Part shown: positions 45,984 to 56,027 of the stretch, piece by piece
Numbering within the stretch: the stretch's first letter is position 1
Layout: each line of letters opens with the position of its first letter
Assembly: GCA_965240325.2 (NCBI GenBank)
Contig: OZ251229.1
Coordinates: 1,302,001 to 1,366,000 of the forward strand
Source: Rebecca billardiae RCC1528
Lineage: Eukaryota; Protista; Haptophyta
DNA: 64,000 nucleotides
Reading direction: 5' to 3'
Notes under the pieces: model-generated
What the model was told of the DNA's origin: nothing
Seen by the model: the letters and a program-made list of their open reading frames with translations, nothing else
Database searches by the model: none
Translations under genes and position numbers: made by a program

Positions 45984-46226
45984 TGATGGAGGATGAGCCG
46001 GCGCCCGGCGATGTGGTTCCTGAGCAGCGGGAGATCTCGTCATCAGATCTCTAGATCTTTACATATCGCGCGGGATGAAACCAATACTACTAATTGCAAC
46101 CGCGGCCACGCGAGCTCGCGCCCGACTCGCGCTGCCGAGGGGTCTCGATCGGGTTGGTCTCGGGTCCCTGACGACGCTGCGCGCTGCACGTGCGAGGCTG
46201 CGAGCCGGTCTGCCGTTGGTGAGTGG

Positions 46227-46967
46227 ATGCGCAGCAGGATCGTGCCCCGTGCCCTCCTTCTCGTGACGATCGCTGCCTCGATGGCGGCTGGCAGCGCAGC
46301 TCCGCGCAAGCGCATCCTCGCGCTGCACGGCAAGGGCGGTGACGCGGTAACATTTGCGCGCCGCCTGGCGCCGCTGAGCGAGCGCCTCAGCTCCGCAGCG
46401 GAGCTAATCTTCATCGACGCGCCGTTCCCGTCGGATGGCAACGGCCGCCAGTGGTGGAAGCTGCCTCCCGGCGTGCGCAGCTATGAAGCTGACTCGTACG
46501 AGGGCGTGGAGGAGTCGATCGCCGCGATCGATGCGGCGTTTGGCGAGCACGGCGAGCTCGACGGTATGCTGGGCTTCAGCCAAGGGGCGATGCTGATGGC
46601 GTTTTACATCGCGCAGAACCTGCAGAAGCGCCTCAAAGGCGAGTCAGCGAACCTGCCGCGCAAGGCTGCCATCGTCGGCGCCGCTTGGCCAAAGCCGTTT
46701 GGCGGCGACCTGGAGGCCCTGAGCGACGTGGAGGGCATCGCGCTCCTGGGCTGCGACACGCTTCACGTGATCGGCGACGCTGACGATATGAACCCGCCCG
46801 AGCAGGCGACTGCCGTGTGGAAGTGTTTCGGCGCGGCGGGCACCGTGATGCGCCACCCAGGCGGGCACGTCGTGCCGGTGGACGACGAGTCGCTTGACGT
46901 GCTGTCCGGCTTCCTCGCTCTCGACGACTGCGAGTCCGAGGAGGAGTGCGAGGTGGCTGGGGCGTGA
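46227..46967 (+). CDS. FSH1/OVCA2-family serine hydrolase with signal-like N-terminus (246 aa)
   Basis: RILALHG, FIDAP, WW, DGMLGFSQGA, TLHVIGDAD and HPGGHVVP. Confidence 0.92.
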   Translation: MRSRIVPRALLLVTIAASMAAGSAAPRKRILALHGKGGDAVTFARRLAPLSERLSSAAELIFIDAPFPSDGNGRQWWKLPPGVRSYEADSYEGVEESIAAIDAAFGEHGELDGMLGFSQGAMLMAFYIAQNLQKRLKGESANLPRKAAIVGAAWPKPFGGDLEALSDVEGIALLGCDTLHVIGDADDMNPPEQATAVWKCFGAAGTVMRHPGGHVVPVDDESLDVLSGFLALDDCESEEECEVAGA

Positions 46968-47922
46968 GAGCCTGGTGGTGCGAACAGGCGCCACCTCGCC
47001 CGCCACGCCCGATCAAGAGCATAGCCTGGGCGTCGACGCCAGCACTCGACGCCTCGACGACGCCCACTCCGCGCCGGCGGGCCCTTGAACCATGTCCATG
47101 AACTGAACGGTCCGCGAAGCGCGCGGGCGCTGCCACGTGTACTTCGTTCGTCGCAGCTAGGGTTTTATTCGAATATGACGCAACAGGCTCCGGTCGAAGG
47201 AGTACGCGAGTTGCTAGTGCGCGTGCTGTTCGGTGGTATCAGCCCGCGCCGTCGGAGCGGAGTCCGCCCCAACGCCGTACCTGCGGCCCTGGGCCTCGGG
47301 CGGCCCGAGATCGGCCAGGCTGCGCCCTCGGGCCCTCGGGGGGGGCGCCGGGCCTAGTCGCCCGAAGTCGGCGTCTACTACTTAGTGCCGTGCTGCGGAG
47401 CCCGGCACCGTGCGGAGGGCCCTGCGGAGGCCCTCTGCCTTTGGCAGACAGGGCGTTCTGGTTGGTGGCTAGTGCGCAGCCTGTCAGCCCGCCTGGCGCT
47501 GGGCGGTGCGGTAGCGCCGCCGCAGGGCCTGACTAAGGCCACTAAGGGCGGGACGAAGCCGGCAGGGCCGAGCGCGGCGGGCTCCGGCTCGCCGCGCAAT
47601 CAGAAATAATAACTTCGACGACGGACGTACTACACCCACTACTGTACATGCATAGCTTACAGCCTACAGTATACAGGTCTATCTACACGACTTACCGTAC
47701 AGATCGCGGTGCAGGAGCCTATGCTCTGCCACCAACGCCGACTTCGTGAGTCGCCGACGATCGCGGGCACGCACTGACTGACTGCCGCCGCCGACGAATC
47801 AGGAGATCTGCGTCGTCCTAAGCAATATATACCTGTGTCGCGTTATAAATAGGATACTGCTCAGAATCGAGAATGAGTTCGATACATTAGTCTGCGCTAG
47901 CTTCGCCACCGTCACTATTCGT

Positions 47923-49229
47923 ATTATGGCCCGCGGTGCAGGGCGGAGCGCGCAGCGTGGAGCCCGCACCAGCGGGCCCGAACCACGTTTCAAAAAGATC
48001 TTTGATCAAGAAAAAAGGGACGGGGGGCGGCGGAAAAAAAGGGACGGGGGGCGATTTTTAGGGCTGGCGGAGACCGAGTTTCGAGTTTTTGAGATCGCAT
48101 TGAGAGGTCTATCAGGCCAAAAAAAAGCGCGCCCAGCTGATTCCCTTAAGTAAAGTGCGATCTGGACGTCAGCTGGACGTGACATTAGTGTAACGGTTCG
48201 TTACGAGCGAATCGTACTCGTCTTCCCGGATCGCGTGACGTCCGGACTGGGCCACATCCGGATCGTCGGAAGTGACGTGCCCCGGCACGATGGGCGATGG
48301 CGGATATGCGGGACGGCGCCTGCACGTGCCTCCGGACCCGCCTCCCGCTTGCTGCTCACGCAGTCAGCTGCGACCGTGGCGCATGATCGCAGAAGCAGTG
48401 CCGGCAGTACGGCCTGCATCAGCTAGTGCCGCGCCGTCGTGGCGCGCGCGGTACGGTTGCGCGTTTGCACTAATTGCAGCGCTCGCCGCTCGGCTGCAGA
48501 CGGCACGCGCGTGCGGCTCAGGTGTGTCAAATGCGGTCTCGTCGGCGCGCTTTCGCCTGCCACCTCGTGCACCCGTGCCGCCAGTTTCATCGTCTTCATG
48601 AGGACTGCTGCTGCTGTCGCCATCCGCTCTCCATCACCCCGAGTCGCCGGTCCGGCGCGGCGCGCGCGGTAGGCACTAGGCAGGGCGTACGGTCACTCAC
48701 CCGTGCAACGGGTCAAGTGGCCAGAGTACGTCTGGTCGTTGGCTGGCACGGGCCGCAGCGCTAAAGCACCCTGCTGTCACACCCGACTCCTTCAGTACTC
48801 CGAGCTCCGCGGCACGACTCACTCGGCACGATCGCGGACGGGTCGGATCCGAGCTGATCAGCCAGAGTTTGGACACAGTTTGGCAGCTACTAGCTAGTAG
48901 TAATTCCGATGCCGATGGCACGATCGCGGACGGGTCGGATCCGAGCTGATCAGCCAGTTGGACATTTGGCAGCTAGTTGTCAGACGGACGTCCGATTTGA
49001 CGACCGGTGCCGGGTGCGGTCTCAGGTCCGCTGCTGTGATTGTGTGAAGTGTGAATGAGTCTCGCGGTCGCGCAGGCAGGGCGACGGTCGGACTAATATA
49101 GCTTCAGTCATCTCAGAACCGACTTCAACTGGCGAACTGCCACTACGGCGGAGAGCCGCGATTGCACGGCCACCGCGGGCCCCCAACTGCGTTGATTCTA
49201 TGCAGAAAAGGACCGCGGAACGCGGTCAT
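47923..49229 (+). mobile_element. Non-autonomous Helentron/Helitron2-like element, copy A
   Basis: 5' end ATTATGGCCCGCGGTG. Its inverted copy CACCGCGGGCC is subterminal at 49171-49181. A terminal hairpin GACCGCG-GAA-CGCGGTC lies at 49211-49227. Both ends are shared with copy B. There are internal direct duplications (48825/48917; 48011/48035). Confidence 0.7.
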
Positions 49230-49748
49230 TACTATTTAACTAATCAGCACCGACGAGGAGCCCAATAAGTGGCAGCGCGGACGAGCTAGTGACCGGCCAC
49301 CCGACTCGGACTGGCGATCGACCCGCAATGATACAGTCGTTTAGCTATAGTTACTAGTAGTCAACGACTTATTGACTACGCGCTAGATTTACAGCTATAG
49401 CGCTATTAATACGCGGTGCAGCCATCTGCCCATCAGCGCGCCGTCCCCGGGCCGCCGGAAATGCGGGAAACGGGACCGTGGCGGCGGATGGGCCGCGGCC
49501 ACCTTTGATGGAGCGCCAGTGGTGGGCGCGGGACCCCCCGGGTGCAGCTGGTTTGCCCCCCCGGGGCGGGGGGGTCGCGACCGGGCGGTATCAGCGGCGG
49601 CCGTATGCTGCGCACGCGCGGCGCCGGCGCCACCGGACACTACTCACTCAGTCCACGGGCGGGCACTGCTGTTGAATTGACGCGGTGCGCCGCATAGAAC
49701 GATTGACCTGTGCCGAGCAGCCAGCCGTCCTACGTGTGTGACAGGCGA

Positions 49749-50369
49749 CTAGATGTCCCAGCCAAAGCCGGTATCGTCGTCAAAGGCGAGCTCGGCGAGT
49801 GGTGCAGGCGCATGCACCTCAGTAATTGTGACCGCATCTCGTGCCACATGCACAGTTGCGTCCAGTTGTGTGCTCATGTGCATTGCGAGATGCGCCTCCA
49901 TGCATGACCACGTGCAGCACAGCCGCATTTGGAAACCGTCGGGGCCAATTGACATACAGTGCACAGAGAGCTGCACTCCCGCGATCCGAATGTCTGCCCG
50001 CGGGATGAAGTGCTCCCGCCGGAGCAGCTCGGCCATCACGCTCTTGGCCACAAGTGGCGGGTCGCACTCGCCGCGCGCGTAGAGGCGCAAGCACTCACCG
50101 AGGTGCTCGTGCACGTCAACGATGCGTTTCTGGTTCCAAATCACGGGTGGGGCATGGCTCTCCATCAGTGCTTTGCACAGCCCAAGCATTGTCAATGAGC
50201 TGGGCACGCACGGCAGTATAGCCGCACGCTCACGCAGCAGCTGGCCGGCGGTGGAGCGCCAAGCTCGCCCGACACAGCCAGCCGCGAGGACGTCCCGAGG
50301 CGAGCACAGCCATGAGAGAACATGATGAACGAGGTCCGCCGGGAGATGGATCGTCATCGGCGGCGTCAT
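49749..50369 (-). CDS. F-box protein (about 206 aa)
   Basis: LPADLVHHVLSWLCSPRDVLAAGCVGRAWR fits the F-box consensus. The C-terminal part is unrecognised. Confidence 0.65.
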   Translation of the reverse strand: MTPPMTIHLPADLVHHVLSWLCSPRDVLAAGCVGRAWRSTAGQLLRERAAILPCVPSSLTMLGLCKALMESHAPPVIWNQKRIVDVHEHLGECLRLYARGECDPPLVAKSVMAELLRREHFIPRADIRIAGVQLSVHCMSIGPDGFQMRLCCTWSCMEAHLAMHMSTQLDATVHVARDAVTITEVHAPAPLAELAFDDDTGFGWDI

Positions 50370-50587
50370 TGTCGCGCGGGACACGGCTATCCCTTGGCGG
50401 GACGCGGCCGCCGTTCTCTTCACGGTCGGCCGAGGCCGCCGAGCAAGCCGGACTTCAGGCTCCGGCTACTGTACTGTACTGTGACTGAGTTCACGTCCGC
50501 AAGCCGGTTGCCGCGCGCGCCCGGCGAGTTCTTCAGCGTCGTCGGCGAGAATCATCGAAGGGAGGCCGTCGTCTGCGCACGCGCGGC

Positions 50588-52177
50588 ATGCTGTCATCAA
50601 CGCGATTCGCGGCGCTGTGCGCGCTCGCGCTCGCTGCGCAGCCGTCATCCGCGTGGCAGGCGAGCGCAGCGCGCCCACATGTCCAAACGCGTGCGCACGC
50701 ACACGGCTCGTCGGCGCCCAGGTTCAGCGCGGTGCGCCGCGTCGCCGCTGCCCCGCGATCGGCTCCGGCGGCGCTGACAAACGCAGACATCGTGGCGGCG
50801 TTCAGTGCCGCCACGTTCTGGCCGCAGCCTTTCTGGCTGCTCATGATCATCGCCCCGCGTTGGCCGGGCACTAAGGCGGTCATGCGCCCGCTTGCCCCGA
50901 TCGTGCTGTTCTCCCTCGTCCACCTCTTCATCGTCGTCGCGAGCATCGGGCAGGAGGGCGGCACGGCGCCGATGCTCGAGTTCCAAGGCGTGTTCGACGC
51001 GAGCCCCACGGCGGATCCGCAGGGCGCCATGGTGGGCATGATGCGCTACCCCAACTTCGTCACGGAGGAGTGGTCGCACGTGCTCACGTGGGACATCTTT
51101 GTGGGCCGCTTCATCTGGGCGGACGGGCTGCGCCGAGGGGTGCCCATCCGCGCATCCGTGCTGCTCACCAACCTGATCGGCCCGCCAGGCCTGCTGCTGC
51201 ACCTGGCCACGTGCGTGCTGACGGGCAAGGGCTTGCCGCCCGACCCCGCACTCGCGTCACCACCGCCGCTCGAGCCGCTCGGCGCCGCGGCCGAACGGCT
51301 GCCCGCGCGCGCGGACGAGCTCGCCCGGCTGCTCTTCGCCGGGTCCCTGGACGAGAGCTGGCTGCGGCAGCTCGGTGGTGCGCTTGCGGACGGCGTCGTC
51401 TGGGACGACTTGTCGATGGCGGGCGAGGCGTGCGTCGGGCGCGAGGCCGTGCTGCAGATGCTGGCCGAGCGCGAGGCCTCGACCCCAGCCACGGCACGGC
51501 TGCGCGTCGAGCGCGTCGCGGACGGCGCGAGCTCCACAGGCATCGCGTGGACGCGCGTGGACGATGGCGCGCCCGGCCTCGACGGGCTGCGCGGCACGAC
51601 GTACATCGAGCTCGACCCGACCACGCGCAAGATTGCGTACGTGCAGGAGGTGGCCGAGCCGCTGGTCAAGCCCGGCGACGTGACGGCCAAGCTGCTCAAG
51701 GCCATCGCTAAGCCAGACGGCGGGCGCGCGCCTGTGAGCTACCGGCAGCGCACGCCCAAGGCAGCCTCCGACCTGGTCAAGTACCTGTGGGCGGAGGTGC
51801 AGGGCTCCGACGCGTCCGAGTCGCTGCGCCTCTTCGACGAGGCCATTCTGTACGAGGACTACAACTTCCCGCAGCCGTTTGTGGGCATCGATGCCGCGAG
51901 GGCGTTCATCGAGGAGTTCGACATCCCCGGCATCCAGTTCGAGGTCGATCGGATCTCGGAGGGCGAGCGCGCGTGCTGCTTCACGTGGCGCATCGCGATC
52001 GCGGGCGTCGAGGGCCGCAAGATTCGGGGCATCTCATTCTACGAGCTCAACCCAAAGAGCCGAAAGGTAGCGTACGTGCGCGACATACCCGAGCCTGCTT
52101 TCCGGCCGGCGCCTCTGCTCGCGCTCGCTGGAGCGGTCCGCCCGGGGCTCCGCGTCCTGCAGCCGCAGCAGCAGTGA
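50588..52177 (+). CDS. Predicted plastid-targeted ABA4-like (DUF4281) membrane domain fused to two SnoaL/NTF2-like domains (529 aa)
   Basis: Signal peptide ending SSA-W plus an Arg/Ala/Ser transit region. ABA4-like motifs PFWLLMIIAPRW..TK, WSHVLTWDIFVGRFI and LIGPPGLLLH. Two NTF2 repeats ending RGTTYIEL...EVAEPLVKPG and RGISFYEL...RDIPEP. Confidence 0.85.
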   Translation: MLSSTRFAALCALALAAQPSSAWQASAARPHVQTRAHAHGSSAPRFSAVRRVAAAPRSAPAALTNADIVAAFSAATFWPQPFWLLMIIAPRWPGTKAVMRPLAPIVLFSLVHLFIVVASIGQEGGTAPMLEFQGVFDASPTADPQGAMVGMMRYPNFVTEEWSHVLTWDIFVGRFIWADGLRRGVPIRASVLLTNLIGPPGLLLHLATCVLTGKGLPPDPALASPPPLEPLGAAAERLPARADELARLLFAGSLDESWLRQLGGALADGVVWDDLSMAGEACVGREAVLQMLAEREASTPATARLRVERVADGASSTGIAWTRVDDGAPGLDGLRGTTYIELDPTTRKIAYVQEVAEPLVKPGDVTAKLLKAIAKPDGGRAPVSYRQRTPKAASDLVKYLWAEVQGSDASESLRLFDEAILYEDYNFPQPFVGIDAARAFIEEFDIPGIQFEVDRISEGERACCFTWRIAIAGVEGRKIRGISFYELNPKSRKVAYVRDIPEPAFRPAPLLALAGAVRPGLRVLQPQQQ

Positions 52178-53263
52178 GCAGGCGTCATCGGCATCGCAGG
52201 AGCAAGCTAGAAGCATTTGCTAGCATCACTAGTACGTAGTCGTAGCGAACTGGCAGGCACTGCGCGCTGGCGGGTCGTATAATAATATATTACTTAAATT
52301 ATTGCATATATTATATATATATGATCGAAATATCGTCAGTAACTAGTGATGATGCGGCGACGCTCAGTCTCAAGTCTGGCGGTGCGTGGCAGGCTGCTGA
52401 TATGAGAGATATATATGATTATGACACGCGCACAATGATGCGTGGGACTGCTGCGAGTTATACTGCATATATCCGCGACGATTGTCATGCGCGCGCGCGA
52501 CGACTCGTAGGACTCAATAAGCGGCCTGGCATGAATCGTATCATCATCGACATCGTCATTATGATCGATGATGTTTATTGCTATGACTCCGATGGTGCTG
52601 CTGATGCTGATGATGATGATGATTCCGCGTGTGACATATATATGATTATGACGATGCATACGCAGCATCATACAATGATACATGATAGCCTGCGACCGAG
52701 CGCGCGCATATCGGTACGATATCGCGACTACTGAATAAAGCTGAGCACAGACTCATGTCACAGAGCAGCAGCTGGTATCATTATAATCATATTTGAATAA
52801 TCAACGATGACGACGCGGCGTCGCTCACAGCGCAGGCAGGTGTTTGGCGGCTGCACTCTCGAGGTGGCTGAGATACAAAATCCAGGTGCAGCACCCTCCC
52901 AGTGTGGTGTCACTGAGCGCGCTCTCGAGCGCGTGCCTCCGAGCGCGGGGCGGCAGTTCTTGCTGCAATGGCCGCCTCGATGAGGTGCGGCAACGCGCCC
53001 CTCGCCTGCCTGCGCCGGTCTCTTTTGTGGCGGTGTCTTTGTGCAGAGTTGGACTCTGGCGTCACTCACGCCTTAGCCAAGTGTGCACGTTGACGAATCA
53101 TCTCATAGTAAACTGCATGTACATTACTGCGTACTCTCTCTCTTTATATATATAAGCGTAGCGCAACAGTTGCGCCGGAGTCGCGTGCGCAGCAGATGAC
53201 AAGTTGATCCGTGCTACATGTACTGGACGAGCCTGGAGTGATGCGCGAGAATTTTATGACGGG

Positions 53264-54878
53264 CTACCCGTTGGTGGTGTGGCGGCGCTGCCGCCTCTCC
53301 CGCGGATAGGCCTGCATCCTGGCCCTGACCAGGTCGGGCGTCAGAGCTGAGGGGTGGCTGCTCGCATCATCATCATCCCCAGAGCTGCAGCTGCCCATTG
53401 ACTTCTTGCTGAGCCCGTCCAGCCCGTCCATCGCCGTCTTGATGTACTCGAATGACCCGCGCCGGCCTGCTCGCGTCGCCAGCGAGGCTGGGTCATTGTT
53501 GCGCTTGTCTTTGATGCACGGGTCCGCGCCATGCGCAAGCCTGATGACGCAGGGGTGCGCGGGTGGAGGCGCAGTGCCGGAGCGCACGGCAGTGGTGTTG
53601 CATGCTGTGAGTGTGGCGTATAGGCGGGCTGGATACAGCGGACGGGGTGCGCCGCCGCCCTCTCCCCTGCCAGCTCGGCTGAAGCACTGGCGCGCGCCCC
53701 GCCCACCCCGCTCGCACGCCCGCTTTGTGCTGCGCCGTGCGCGCACAGCAACTTAAGGACATCCTCGTCCGCGCGGTACGACGCGACGTGCAGTGGCGTG
53801 CGGTAGTGCAGATCGCGCTGGTTGATGAGCTTCGCGCCGGTGGGGTGGCGCAGTAGCGCGCGCGTGCACTCGGGGCTCGGCGCGAACACCGCCGCGTGCA
53901 GGGGGGTCCACCCCTCGAGCGTCAGCATGCTGGGGTCTGCGCCGGCCTCAGTCAGCAGCCACTCGCACATCGCCTGCCGTCCGTACTCGGCCGCCACGTG
54001 GAGCGCGGTCTTGCCCTGCTTGTTCGGGTAGTCTGCCTCAGCGCCGCGCGAAAAGAGAGCCTTGGCAAAGACGAGCGCGCCTGGCTCGGCCGAGCGCGCA
54101 AGCTTGTGCAGCATTGTCTGCCCGGCACGCGCAATGGGCGAGCGTCGCGTAAGTCGCAGGGCATGGGGCATGTGGTGCGCTGTGTGTGCTCATGGCAGGG
54201 CGACACTCATGTGCGCACCTCGCCCTTGTCGTCACAGACGAGCACATTCAGCTGGTCGTCCCCAAGGCTGTCCTTCACGAGCTTCCAGTCGCCGATGGCG
54301 CACGCCTCGAGCAGGTTCGACTCGGTGCTGGTGGCACTGTACTTGGTCTCGAGCTCGTGGCGGGTTGGGAGGATCGCACCGACGGGCAGGGTGCATGAGA
54401 GCCGGCGGCGTGTCTCGCTGCGCTGGAGATACGATTCGGCCGAGAGCAAGCGCGAGAGCTCCGCCTCCTCCTCCGCCTTGCGCTGCATCAACTCCATCTG
54501 CGCCTTGCGGTCGCGAGTGCTCTTCTCGGCAGCATGCGCGGCTTCGAGATCGTTCGCGATCGTCTCGAGCTGCATCACGGTGAAGAGCTGCTCGTCCACC
54601 ATCTCGGTTGCGTCCGCAAGGTCGATGAGCTTGCCCGTCGCGTCGAAGCGAAAGCCGACGTGCACTGCGAGCTCGTTGAGCGTGATGGTCCCGGAGCCGT
54701 CCGTGTCGATGCGCTTGAACGTCTCGTGAACCGTCTGCTCGTCGCTAAGCGGCTGGAGGCGGGCAATGGCGCGGCGGAACTCCTCAAAGTCGATCTTGCC
54801 GTTGCCGTCCGTGTCGATCGCGAGCACGCTGTTGACCAGTGTCTCGTACAGGCGCGAGTGCTCCTCGGAAGGTTGCAT
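53264..54878 (-). CDS. EF-hand plus ankyrin-repeat protein (435 aa), 3 exons (54878-54219, 54117-53747, 53540-53264)
   Basis: EF-hands DTDGNGKIDFEE and DTDGSGTITLNE. Ankyrin motifs GETMLH (spliced), GKTALHVAA, GWTPLHAA, RTPLHVAS and LLLAHGADP (spliced). Confidence 0.85.
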
Positions 54879-55231
54879 CTGGGCGCCGCGTGTGCGCGGC
54901 TGGGTAAGGGCGGAGGTTTGTGGGCGAGGTCGCTCGGGGGAGACCGAGGCCGTGCGGGTGGGTGTTCCCTGGGAACTCGTGAGTAATGTACAGCCAGTAC
55001 CCACCAAGCACAACCCGTATCTCTGACGGTTCAACTTTCATACTAGTATTCGTATACGGTTAATGACTTAAGTCAAACCGCGTATTCATCGGGCAAGGTT
55101 TAACAACCTCGCAGTCCTCGCTCGGCCCACTATCATACTGGTTCCGATCCGGTAGAAATCTGTGCGTTGACGAAAAAGTCGACGAAATGCTGACAACCAA
55201 AGGGCGACTCGACACTTAATTCCACTCCGCC

Positions 55232-55957
55232 ATGTCCACGCCCGCGGAGGGTCGTGCAGATCGTGACCTGTCACCATCCCAGCTCGGTGATGCAGCGGCG
55301 CGCGTCGTGCTCGCTCGCGAGGAAAACCTGGCGCCAACCCGCATCGCCCAGGCGCAGGCGCAAGTGGAAGCCGCCAAGGACAGGAGCACGGCCGACACGA
55401 TGTCAGAGGTGAGCGAGGCTGTGGATGCCCTAGACTCGATCAGCAAGTCCAGCATCAAAGAGGTAGCGGCGATGTCGAACCCGCCGCAAGCGGTGCGAGC
55501 CGTGATGGAGGCCGTCTGCATCATCTTTGGGTGCCAGCCGACTGTGACCAATGTGCGTGGTGGCGTCTCCGTGCAGCGGAGAGTGGACTACTGGCCCGCA
55601 GCCCAGAAGCTGATGAAGGATATGCACTTCCTCAATCGCCTCCGCACCTTCGACCGGTCGAGCGTCTCACCTCAGCAGCTGAGTCGTGCCGAAGCTCACA
55701 TGGCGCAGGCAAACTTGTCGCGCGAGCGCGTGGCTGCGTCCTCTATGGCCGCCTTTGTGCTCTACCGCTGGGCCATGGCCATCATCGCGATGGCGCGCGC
55801 AGAGGCCGTGCTGCGTGGCACGGCACCTGATGCAGCAAGTGTCGCCTCGGCGCAGGCCGAGCTTGACGCCATCCCCGCTCGCTTGGAGAACCTGCGCCTT
55901 GCTGTCGGCGCTGAGAACAGCAAGTCTGATCAAGGCTCAAGCTCGGCCGATCAATAA
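55232..55957 (+). CDS. Stand-alone dynein heavy-chain stalk/microtubule-binding-domain-like protein (241 aa, intronless)
   Basis: AVDALDSISKSSIKEVAAMSNPPQAVRAVMEAVCIIF...DYWPAAQKLMKDMHFLNRLRTFD...VAASSMAAFVLYRWAMAI matches the dynein MTBD consensus. It has its own ATG and stop, with AT-rich non-coding flanks. Confidence 0.8.
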   Translation: MSTPAEGRADRDLSPSQLGDAAARVVLAREENLAPTRIAQAQAQVEAAKDRSTADTMSEVSEAVDALDSISKSSIKEVAAMSNPPQAVRAVMEAVCIIFGCQPTVTNVRGGVSVQRRVDYWPAAQKLMKDMHFLNRLRTFDRSSVSPQQLSRAEAHMAQANLSRERVAASSMAAFVLYRWAMAIIAMARAEAVLRGTAPDAASVASAQAELDAIPARLENLRLAVGAENSKSDQGSSSADQ

Positions 55958-55979
55958 GTAGCGGTTAGAGAGAGATATC

Positions 55980-55986
<7 letters not shown>

Positions 55987-56024
<38 letters not shown>
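55987..56024. repeat. (GA)n microsatellite
   Basis: Direct read. Confidence 0.95.

Positions 56025-56027
<3 letters not shown>

Noticed and set aside
47157-47166. Telomerase-RNA template or telomeric seed (CTAGGGTTTT)
   Set aside because: It is a single short match, in the wrong position and orientation relative to the structured region.
52321-52734. Asp/Ile-rich 137-aa ORF
   Set aside because: It is a translation of (GAT)n/(TA)n-rich low-complexity intergenic DNA.
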